Assembly (NCBI GenBank): GCA_041649715.1
Contig: JBAZMP010000001.1
Coordinates: forward strand, 82,741 to 146,740
Reading direction: 5' to 3'
Origin: Patescibacteria group bacterium
GTDB taxonomy: Bacteria > Patescibacteriota > Patescibacteriia > JAXHNJ01
Length of the DNA: 64,000 bases
Shown: positions 1 through 6,992 of the stretch, in pieces
Numbering within the stretch: position 1 is the first letter of the stretch
Layout of the letters: every line of letters starts with the position of its first letter
Notes under the pieces: model-generated
What the model saw: only the letters and a program-made list of their open reading frames with translations
Database searches by the model: none
What the model was told of the DNA's origin: nothing
Made by a program: the position numbers and the translations under genes

Positions 1-12
1 GAGGCAGATGGT

Positions 13-89
13 GGGCGCGTAGCTCAGTTGGTTAGAGCGCGTCACTGATAATGACGAGGTCATAGGTTCGATTCCTATCGCGCCCACCA
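13..89 (+). tRNA. tRNA-Ile, anticodon GAT; CCA encoded
   Basis: Cloverleaf folded by eye: acceptor gggcgcg/cgcgccc, anticodon loop ctGATaa, T-arm ggttcgattcc, terminal cca. Confidence 0.88.
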
Positions 90-116
90 TTTGCCTCTTA
101 ATAGCGTCACTGACTC

Positions 117-228
117 GTCCCGCACCAAATGCCTGTGAAAATTTGCCTGGGTAGCTCAGTGGTAGAGCGAAGGACTGAAAATCCTTGCGTCGCCAGTCCG
201 ATTCTGGCCCCAGGCATTTGGTGCGGGA
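117..228. repeat. 18-bp perfect inverted repeat (tcccgcaccaaatgcctg / caggcatttggtgcggga) enclosing tRNA-Phe
   Basis: Direct reading: the left arm at 117-134 is the exact reverse complement of the right arm at 211-228. The right arm overlaps the tRNA 3' end. Confidence 0.8.
145..216 (+). tRNA. tRNA-Phe, anticodon GAA; no encoded CCA
   Basis: Acceptor gcctggg/cccaggc, D-arm agctcagtggtagagc, anticodon loop ctGAAaa, T-arm gccagtccgattctggc. Confidence 0.88.
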
Positions 229-261
229 TAAAATCCGGACTATAAATATTAAAGAAAATCC

Positions 262-297
262 TGGAGCCTGCCCCGCACTTTGAGCAAAGCGAAATAG
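262..297 (+). repeat. hairpin with the ccccgcac/gtgcgggg stem and a 16-nt loop; member of the CCCGCA-stem family
   Basis: Sequence gccccgcac tttgagcaaagcgaaata gtgcggggt. The same stem sequence appears as hairpin 2 of the element at 4670-4724. Confidence 0.6.
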
Positions 298-303
298 TGC
301 GGG

Positions 304-382
304 GTCGCCAGTCCGCCGTGAACTACTAAAGAGTTCACGACGCCATGTACCCTTTAGTGGTACATGGCGATTCTGGCCCCAG
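304..382 (+). pseudogene. tRNA-Phe 3' fragment (25 nt copy of the T-arm and acceptor 3' strand) interrupted in the T-loop by a 54-nt double-hairpin element
   Basis: gtcgccagtccg at 304-315 and attctggccccag at 370-382 are identical to the tRNA-Phe 3' part. The insert at 316-369 is ccgtgaact-actaaag-agttcacg followed by gccatgtacc-ctttagt-ggtacatggc. Confidence 0.75.
316..369 (+). repeat. double-hairpin element, copy A; loops ACTAAAG and CTTTAGT are mutually complementary
   Basis: Two adjacent perfect hairpins. Homologous copies lie at 4670-4724 and 52367-52421, with compensatory stem changes and the loops preserved. Confidence 0.8.
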
Positions 383-407
383 ACATCAACATTTTTAAAA
401 TTTTACT

Positions 408-1220
408 ATGAATAAAAAGCCTCTTATCACTTTTACCAGTGATTTTGGCGTTCAATCACAGGGCGTGGGGATGATGGAGGGAGCCGCTTTTAATATAAAT
501 CCAGAGATAAAGGTGATTCATCTAGCGCATGGCATTCCGGATTTCGATATTATCACTGGGGCGCGGATACTAGAGACAGTTTTTTATTTACCGGTCGGTT
601 TTCATGTTTGCGTGGTGGATCCCGGCGTAGGCGGGAAGAGAAAATGTTTGGCCATAAAGGTAAAAAGAGGCGATTATCTAATTGGTCCGGATAACGGCGT
701 ATTGATTCCCGCCGCCAGAAGATTAGGCGGGGTTGAAAAAGTGGCCGAGTTGCAAAATAAAAAATACATGGCCCCTTGCGTGTCTCCCATTTTTCACGGC
801 CGCGATATTTTTGCGCCGGCCGCCGCCTGGCTTTCGCGGGGAGTAAAATTAGAAGAGTTGGGGCCCATACTGGACCGGCAGGCATTGGCCGCGGCTCCCT
901 ACGAAGAAGCGACGGCCAAAGGCAATATTATTGAGGCAAGGATTATTTCCGTCAATAAATTCGGTTCAATTCATCTTAATATCACCCATCAATTATGGGG
1001 CGAGTGGAAATTGAATTTTCAAGACGTGGTCCAGCTCGAATTTGGCGAATGTAAATTGCGCCTACTGGTCGTTAATGTTTTCGGGGATGTTATGGTCGGC
1101 GAACCATTGATCATGAAAGATGATTATGGCCGAATTCAAGTTTCCATTAACCAGGGTTCATTCGCCGATGAATACCCGATTGAAATAGGGCAAAAAGTAC
1201 TAGTGAAGAAATTAAAATAA
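408..1220 (+). CDS. SAM hydroxide adenosyltransferase-like protein, DUF62 family (fluorinase/chlorinase fold)
   Basis: Motifs TSDFG, VVDPGVG, GPDNG and HGRDIFAP are typical of DUF62. Confidence 0.6.
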   Translation: MNKKPLITFTSDFGVQSQGVGMMEGAAFNINPEIKVIHLAHGIPDFDIITGARILETVFYLPVGFHVCVVDPGVGGKRKCLAIKVKRGDYLIGPDNGVLIPAARRLGGVEKVAELQNKKYMAPCVSPIFHGRDIFAPAAAWLSRGVKLEELGPILDRQALAAAPYEEATAKGNIIEARIISVNKFGSIHLNITHQLWGEWKLNFQDVVQLEFGECKLRLLVVNVFGDVMVGEPLIMKDDYGRIQVSINQGSFADEYPIEIGQKVLVKKLK

Positions 1221-1297
1221 CGGGGCGTAGCGCAGTTGGCTAGCGCGCCTGCTTTGGGAGCAGGAGGTCGCGAGTTCAAATCTCGCCGCCCCGACCA
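1221..1297 (+). tRNA. tRNA-Pro, anticodon TGG; CCA encoded
   Basis: Acceptor cggggcg/cgccccg, anticodon stem cctgc/gcagg with loop ttTGGga, T-arm gcgagttcaaatctcgc, terminal acca. Confidence 0.85.
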
Positions 1298-1306
1298 GTC
1301 ATTCTC

Positions 1307-2149
1307 ATGAAATATATATACATAATTCTCTTATTGGCAGTTTTGGGCGCAAGCCTATTTTTTGGAATAAGAGAATTTACGGCCTCTAATAATAGAAATA
1401 CAAATATTAATCCTAATACAAATATTAATCAAGGTTTCAATCAAAACACCAATCAAGCAGTTAATGCGGGCCCGGAAAATAATAATATCAATATCCCGAC
1501 GGAAGTCATTAATGCCAATATTGCGGTTGAATCGGTCCAGGGAGTTAGGCCGGAAATTACCAGGGGTAATACCGAAAAAAAGCAGGTTATCTTTACTTTT
1601 GACGCCGGATCGGGCATTCAGTCAGCGCAAAAAATATTGGACACCTTGAAAAATCATAATTTAACGGCCACTTTTTTTCTGACCGGCAAATGGATAGAAA
1701 AAAATCCGGATCTGGTGGAAAAAATGAGCGTCGCCGGCCATGAAATTTTCAACCACACTTATGATCATCCGCACCTGACCCAGATTTCCGACGCAGAAAT
1801 TGCGGATGAGCTTAAAAAAATGGATGATCTGATGCTTTATTACACTAATCAAACGACGAAACCATATTTCCGACCGCCTTACGGGGACAGGAATGCCCAT
1901 GTTGTGGAAATTGCCGGCAACCAAGGCTACACATCCGTTTTTTGGACGGTAGACGCTTTGGACTGGGAAGAAAGTACGGGTATGACCGCCGCCAAGGTTA
2001 AAGACAGAATTATTTCAAAGTTAGCGCCGGGCAACATTTACCTGATGCACGTGGGCGACAATATTACCGGCGAGATTTTGGAAGAAATGATCCAAAAAAT
2101 CCAGAATCAGGGTTACAAAATCGTCAGTCTGACCGAAGGGTTAAAATAG
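1307..2149 (+). CDS. polysaccharide deacetylase, NodB homology domain, with an N-terminal membrane anchor and an Asn-rich linker
   Basis: FTFDAG...TFFLTGKW...HEIFNHTYDHPHL deacetylase motifs. Confidence 0.7.
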   Translation: MKYIYIILLLAVLGASLFFGIREFTASNNRNTNINPNTNINQGFNQNTNQAVNAGPENNNINIPTEVINANIAVESVQGVRPEITRGNTEKKQVIFTFDAGSGIQSAQKILDTLKNHNLTATFFLTGKWIEKNPDLVEKMSVAGHEIFNHTYDHPHLTQISDAEIADELKKMDDLMLYYTNQTTKPYFRPPYGDRNAHVVEIAGNQGYTSVFWTVDALDWEESTGMTAAKVKDRIISKLAPGNIYLMHVGDNITGEILEEMIQKIQNQGYKIVSLTEGLK

Positions 2150-2195
2150 ATAAAATTGGCTTGTCATAGAGACAAATTTATGGCATGCTTATGGC

Positions 2196-3083
2196 ATGCC
2201 TGTTTTAGATTTTATCAAAGAAAATTCAAGCAGAGAGCCTGTAGGCGGTATATATAATTTTTTGCCCCCGGATTTGGACAAGATCAAAGCGATTGAAGTT
2301 GACACGTACTCGCAAAGGGCGGAGAAATTTAACGAAGAAAAGATTTTGAAGGGTAGCTTTTCCGAATTAAAACTATTTACTCCGATTTTTAACCAGGGAA
2401 AAGAAGGCAAATTGTTTTTGGAAATCGGAGGCGGTGACGGCCGTTTCGCCCTTCAATTAATGAAGCAGGGCTATAAGGTGGTGGAAACGGATATTGCTCC
2501 GGGTTCTGTTAAAAAAGCCCGCTATTTCGCAAAAAAACTGGGAGTGGCGGAGAATAACTATTTTATGGCGGTAGACGCGGAAAATCTGCCTTTTGATAGC
2601 GAGGTGTTTGACGGGGTATTTATGGTCGCTTCCCTGCACCATTTACCGGATTTCAGAAAGGCTCTAGCCGAAATTTACCGTGTGACGAAAAAAGATTCTC
2701 CGGTTTTGATCCTGCGCGAACCGGCCAGCTGGTTCCATTATGTTTTTTGGCCGATCATTGTCAGTTTCCGCGGGCTTATCAGAAGAAGGAATAAAGGCGA
2801 AGCAAAATCGCTGGCCGATGATGTGACGATGGGTTTTTCCCGCGGCAAATTAAAAAGAATATTTGCGGCCGCCGGTTTTACCGAAATAAAAATAACGCCG
2901 GTCGATTATTTGCGTAAATATAATACTTACTTTTGCTATATTTTTAACCGTCTTTTCAAAACAAATTTTTCTGAAAATACGAAAATCAACTATTTTTTGG
3001 CAAAAATAGATAAAATGATCGGCAAAATTCCCCTGATAAAAGAGTTGGCCTGGGATTGGGATTGCGTGATGTCTAAAAAATAG
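2196..3083 (+). CDS. class I SAM-dependent methyltransferase
   Basis: LEIGGGDGRF glycine-rich motif I, acidic residue after beta-2 (VETDIA), motif post-I/II. Confidence 0.65.
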   Translation: MPVLDFIKENSSREPVGGIYNFLPPDLDKIKAIEVDTYSQRAEKFNEEKILKGSFSELKLFTPIFNQGKEGKLFLEIGGGDGRFALQLMKQGYKVVETDIAPGSVKKARYFAKKLGVAENNYFMAVDAENLPFDSEVFDGVFMVASLHHLPDFRKALAEIYRVTKKDSPVLILREPASWFHYVFWPIIVSFRGLIRRRNKGEAKSLADDVTMGFSRGKLKRIFAAAGFTEIKITPVDYLRKYNTYFCYIFNRLFKTNFSENTKINYFLAKIDKMIGKIPLIKELAWDWDCVMSKK

Positions 3084-3125
3084 GTCTTGAAAAAAAATAT
3101 ATTTCGTGGCATCCTTTAAAATAAT

Positions 3126-3478
3126 GCGGGTATAGTATAATGGCTATTACCTGCCCGACTGCTTTGACAGCAGTCAAGGCGGGCGGGTGTCAGCTTTCTC
3201 CCGCAAAATAAGGAAGCGGAGCGACTATATTTTTCGAGGATCCCGCACGCAAAATAATAGTGTTCATTAAGCGGGCATAGTATAATGGCTATTATGTCAG
3301 CTTTCCAAGCTGAAAATACGGGTTCGATTCCCGTTGCCCGCTTAATGAGTGTTATTTTTCGGGATCCTCGCAACAAGATGGATTCACTTTGTTCATCTCA
3401 TCGTTGCGGGACAAGCTGAAAATACGGGTTCTGCGCCCGAGGCGCATCCGCCTTGGGTGGAGATTCCCGTTACCCGCT
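3126..3478 (+). tRNA. split or interrupted tRNA-Gly(TCC) gene with three insertions; either intron-containing or a pseudogene
   Basis: Exon pieces 3126-3149, 3188-3198, 3412-3431 and 3462-3478 reassemble into a tRNA-Gly that is near-identical to the intact copy. The insertions are 3150-3187 (hairpin), 3199-3411 (between anticodon nt 35 and 36, ends tcccgcaa/ttgcggga) and 3432-3461 (T-loop). Confidence 0.6.
3271..3342 (+). tRNA. tRNA-Gly, anticodon TCC, discriminator U; nested inside the 213-nt insertion of the split tRNA-Gly
   Basis: Acceptor gcgggca/tgcccgc, anticodon stem tcagc/gctga with loop ttTCCaa, 4-nt variable loop, T-arm acgggttcgattcccgt. Confidence 0.85.
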
Positions 3479-3579
3479 CCAATTTTTTTCGCTTTTAATA
3501 AGACTTGTTCTGCCGTTGGCAGGGGCCCTGCCCCAAAATTATTATTTTTAACGCCCATTAAGGCGATTTTTTTGTAAAA

Positions 3580-4275
3580 TTATAACACCGACTGTAATTT
3601 CTTTTTTGCTGAATTATAAAATTTTTCTGCTATTTCATATCCAGAAAAAGATCCCCCATTCTTTAAAACACTAACGCCTAAGTTTGCCGTACCCATAAAT
3701 GGGTCTAATATGTTCATGCCAGTTCTGAAATATTTTTTTATTATAAAATCAATTAATTCTTTGGGTTCAGCACAAGGATGTTCATTTGAATGCTTATAAT
3801 TAAAATAAAGAATTTCTCCAGTTTTATATTCAATTTTTGATTTATTAAAGACCAAGATTTGATGGCAATTAGAATGTGTGTTTGAAGAAGTCAAGTAATT
3901 TTTATCAAAACCATGATTGGGTAATTCAAAGCTATTTTTTGTATTTATAAAATTAATATGCCTTGTTTCCAAAAACATGTTAGCATTAACAACGGCATAT
4001 TTTTGAATCAAGCCAGCTAGTTGAATAAACTTGTTGTTAAAAAAGATGCTATCGGCAATTTCTATAATTAATCGGCCATCTTTTTTAAGTGTTTTTGCGC
4101 ATTCTTTAATTACATTCTTCATGAAGTTGAAATATTTTTCTAATTTTAATTTGTCAGTATAGCTGCCGTAATATGTCCCTATATTGTACGGTGGGCTAAA
4201 AAAGACAATGTCAACTGATTTTGGCTTAATTTCATTCATCGATTCCGATGATTTGTTAAAAATTGTATATTTCAT
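3580..4275 (-). CDS. DNA methyltransferase, beta-class (N6-adenine or N4-cytosine); no adjacent restriction enzyme seen
   Basis: Motif IV SPPY near the N-terminus (DIVFFSPPY) and motif I FxGxG near the C-terminus (DPFMGTANLG), which is the permuted beta-class order. Confidence 0.7.
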   Translation of the reverse strand: MKYTIFNKSSESMNEIKPKSVDIVFFSPPYNIGTYYGSYTDKLKLEKYFNFMKNVIKECAKTLKKDGRLIIEIADSIFFNNKFIQLAGLIQKYAVVNANMFLETRHINFINTKNSFELPNHGFDKNYLTSSNTHSNCHQILVFNKSKIEYKTGEILYFNYKHSNEHPCAEPKELIDFIIKKYFRTGMNILDPFMGTANLGVSVLKNGGSFSGYEIAEKFYNSAKKKLQSVL

Positions 4276-4411
4276 ATTAATATCATAGCTAAAGACAGCT
4301 TATCTGTAAATCTGGCCCATAATAATCAATAGAATCACCCATAAAATATGTCATTGTTTATTCTGCGGCCTAGATAAAGACTTACTTAAAGTATGAGTAT
4401 TAACTTGTTTT

Positions 4412-4440
4412 TTGACAATAAAAGTTATTGTCCTTATAAT
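4412..4440 (+). promoter_or_regulatory. consensus sigma70-type promoter, TTGACA-17-TATAAT
   Basis: ttgaca at 4412-4417, a 17-nt spacer, and tataat at 4435-4440. Confidence 0.65.
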
Positions 4441-4446
4441 ATAAAT

Positions 4447-4576
4447 AGTTCTTAAGAGACGCTTTTTTCCAAAGCCGGGCAAACAGGTATCGTAACAGTC
4501 GCATAATATGAGGTGGTTCCAATCCACCCTGTTAGATAGCCCGGTACCCCTGCATGTCGCATGCGGGGGTTTTCTT
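4447..4576 (+). ncRNA. candidate small RNA of about 130 nt with a T-arm-like hairpin, ending at an intrinsic terminator
   Basis: Starts just downstream of the consensus promoter. Nested helices gccgggc/gcccggt and aacagg/cctgtt surround ggtggttccaatccacc. Terminator cccctgcatg-tcg-catgcggggg plus tttt at 4547-4576. No ORF. Confidence 0.45.
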
Positions 4577-4651
4577 ATGGAGTGAAAAAGGCTAAGTATT
4601 GCCAAAAGAGAATAAAATGCTTATACTTTTGATATATTGATGGGAAAATAG

Positions 4652-4736
4652 GCCGCCGTGGTGAAATTGCCGTGAACCACTAAAGGGTTCACGGCAACCC
4701 CGCACCCTTTAGTGGTGCGGGGTGGTATACACGCAA
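4652..4736 (+). pseudogene. duplicate of tRNA-Leu(TAA) nt 1-30, interrupted in the D-loop by a 55-nt double-hairpin element
   Basis: gccgccgtggtgaaattg at 4652-4669 and gtatacacgcaa at 4725-4736 are identical to positions 1-30 of the tRNA-Leu at 5011. The insert lies at 4670-4724. Confidence 0.8.
4670..4724 (+). repeat. double-hairpin element, copy B (ccgtgaacc-ACTAAAG-ggttcacgg caa ccccgcacc-CTTTAGT-ggtgcgggg)
   Basis: Same architecture and loops as the copies at 316-369 and 52367-52421. Confidence 0.8.
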
Positions 4737-4747
4737 TAATTAATATT

Positions 4748-5005
4748 ATGCATACAGTCTATATCCTTTTACTTTCGAATAAACAATTATACACTGGAAT
4801 CACTACAAATTTAATACGAAGAATAAATGAGCATAAAGAGAGAAAAAGTCCGTTTACAAAGAATCGATTGCCCGTTAAACTGATATTTTACGAAGTGTTT
4901 AACAATAAGGAAGATGCGGAAAAGAGAGAAAGATATTTTAAAACGAGTAAGGGGAAATATTCATTAAAGGCGTTACTACGACATGCATTGAGCAAATATA
5001 ATTGA
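4748..5005 (+). CDS. GIY-YIG nuclease family protein, small UPF0213/YhbQ-like; the ORF track starts at 4712 but ATG 4748 is the likely start
   Basis: VYILLLSNKQLYTGITTNLIRRINEH matches the GIY-x10-YIG...R...E motif. The upstream extension of the tracked ORF overlaps the tRNA fragment and hairpin element. Confidence 0.7.
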   Translation: MHTVYILLLSNKQLYTGITTNLIRRINEHKERKSPFTKNRLPVKLIFYEVFNNKEDAEKRERYFKTSKGKYSLKALLRHALSKYN

Positions 5006-5010
5006 TCCAT

Positions 5011-5097
5011 GCCGCCGTGGTGAAATTGGTATACACGCAAGACTTAAAATCTTGTGGGAGCAATCCCGTGTCGGTCCGAGTCCGACCGGCGGCACCA
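5011..5097 (+). tRNA. tRNA-Leu, anticodon TAA, type II with a long variable arm; CCA encoded
   Basis: Acceptor gccgccg/cggcggc, anticodon stem caaga/tcttg with loop ctTAAaa, variable arm gggagcaatccc, T-arm gtcggtccgagtccgac, terminal acca. Confidence 0.85.
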
Positions 5098-5218
5098 AAA
5101 AATAGGCCACGTAACTGATGGTCTGTTTTTTTGATATGATCCTTGACTTTAGGCGTTAGTAATGCTAAAATATATGAGTAAACAACGAATTTTGATATTA
5201 AAAAAATAAAAATATATT

Positions 5219-5635
5219 ATGACTTACGAAGAAAAAAAACAAATCTTAAACAATCATAAAAAGGAAAAAAATTATTATTACGCGATTTTGGCTCTTATTT
5301 GCCTAAATTTTATTTATGGTCTTATTGTGTCTATTCCAAAGTTTAAGGATATAAGTATGCCTGACAAAACTGATCTTGCCGGTTTTGGTCTCATCCCGGC
5401 CGGCATGGTTATAGTCGCCTTGATTATAGCCATTGGATTACAGGTATTATATTTTTATGGAATTTTACGGCTACAAGGCTGGGTGACGATATTCATGTGG
5501 ATTGGTTTTATCGGCTCAATCTTATCTTTTGACCTGGTAAACATAATCATTACAGCCGTCATATTATTCGGCTATAAAAAAGTGTTAAAAATATTCAAAT
5601 CAACGATTCCTGCTCAGCCAAAGCCACAAAGCTAA
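5219..5635 (+). CDS. hypothetical membrane protein with 3-4 transmembrane helices
   Basis: Hydrophobic segments. Preceded by a TTGACT-17-TAAAAT-like promoter around 5147-5175. Confidence 0.4.
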   Translation: MTYEEKKQILNNHKKEKNYYYAILALICLNFIYGLIVSIPKFKDISMPDKTDLAGFGLIPAGMVIVALIIAIGLQVLYFYGILRLQGWVTIFMWIGFIGSILSFDLVNIIITAVILFGYKKVLKIFKSTIPAQPKPQS

Positions 5636-5672
5636 CCATAGAAACAATTAAAACATATAATGATAAAAATCC

Positions 5673-6386
5673 ATGAAAAATAAAATCTTAATCGGTTTGT
5701 TTATTTTTTGCCTCGCTTTGATTGGCGCCGGTTGTGGAGAAAGTACCGACACTCATAATATCAATAAATCTGCAACTATCGCCAACGTGACGATTCCTTC
5801 TTCCGGAACACTCGGCCGTTTTATGGGAAAATTGGACACCCTGGTCATTGCTTCGGAGGATCTGCCGGTCGCCTACGGTCCCTATAAAGGAACTGATGAT
5901 TATCAAGACTATGGATATTATAAAGCGAGCCATTTAAAGGAAGAAGAAGAAAAAGCCGGCTATAATGAAGGTGATTTAATCCAATTATATATCGCAGATA
6001 AGATTGTCTCAGCCAATGATTATGGGTTATCAAGCGTTGATTTAAGCTTTCATGAATTTAAAGATACGGCTACGGCGGCAAAAAATTACGCTTATAATAA
6101 AGGGTATTATTTAGAGATGGGGATAAAATCATTTTCCAATATAAAAGATGAACATTTCTATTATGGAGATACGTCTAGCGAATCAAGCAATTCCCAGTAC
6201 TCAACAACTCGTTGGGGCATAAGTATTCTGATTGACAACTTGTGGGTTAATATAAATATTGATTTGCCCGCTACGGCGACTGCCACGGAAATAAACAGCA
6301 TCGTTGATAATTGGTATAAAAAAGTGGAAGTATATCAGCCAGGAACAGCCGCCGATGTGACCGCGGAAAATGCCTCCGGCATATAG
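5673..6386 (+). CDS. hypothetical lipoprotein
   Basis: Signal peptide with lipobox LIGAGC. Confidence 0.45.
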   Translation: MKNKILIGLFIFCLALIGAGCGESTDTHNINKSATIANVTIPSSGTLGRFMGKLDTLVIASEDLPVAYGPYKGTDDYQDYGYYKASHLKEEEEKAGYNEGDLIQLYIADKIVSANDYGLSSVDLSFHEFKDTATAAKNYAYNKGYYLEMGIKSFSNIKDEHFYYGDTSSESSNSQYSTTRWGISILIDNLWVNINIDLPATATATEINSIVDNWYKKVEVYQPGTAADVTAENASGI

Positions 6387-6486
6387 GATATACGCTAATA
6401 ATAATTTCCGTATAGTATTAATGTAGATATAATATTTGATATTATAAAAAACAGATCTCGAATCCAGGGTCTGTTTTATTTTATAA

Positions 6487-6918
6487 TTATATTCCTAAGG
6501 CAATAAGGATAATACCGATGGGAAACAAAGCCCAGTAAAAACTCGGGACGCCTGCAAACCAACTTTTATGCCACCAGATATCTTTATTATTTTTATTGAA
6601 TTTAGTCAAGCCGTAATGGGGATTCAGGACAAACCATAAAAAATCTTCCAAAGTCCACATCGAGATAAAGACCCCGAAAAGCAAGGCCTCTTTTTTCCAG
6701 GACCAACTGGCGAAAAACAGGGGAAAATGAAAAATAATCAGAGTGAAGAGAATGATAAAAATATGATAGCCCGTGATCGGTTTCTCCCCCATTTTCTTTT
6801 TTAGCCGGAAAGTGGGCAAGTCAGCCGCCCAGCCATGTTTGCCTTCAATTTGAACTTCCAGGGCGGCCAGCGCTAGACTCGCGGCCAAAGTAAAAAATAT
6901 TAGTGATATTATCTGCAT
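6487..6918 (-). CDS. hypothetical integral membrane protein
   Basis: Multiple hydrophobic helices. No recognisable motif. Confidence 0.4.
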   Translation of the reverse strand: MQIISLIFFTLAASLALAALEVQIEGKHGWAADLPTFRLKKKMGEKPITGYHIFIILFTLIIFHFPLFFASWSWKKEALLFGVFISMWTLEDFLWFVLNPHYGLTKFNKNNKDIWWHKSWFAGVPSFYWALFPIGIILIALGI

Positions 6919-6992
6919 ACACTAATTTTACCACAAACAAAAAAGCGGGGGAACCCGCTTTTTTGCCTTAATATGCTTTACTAATTTATTTT

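Noticed and set aside
3116-3558. Minus-strand ORFs 3116-3376 and 3352-3558 and plus-strand ORF 3389-3577 from the ORF track
   Set aside because: They lie across the split and nested tRNA-Gly region. The sequence is explained by tRNA exons and structured insertions, not protein coding.
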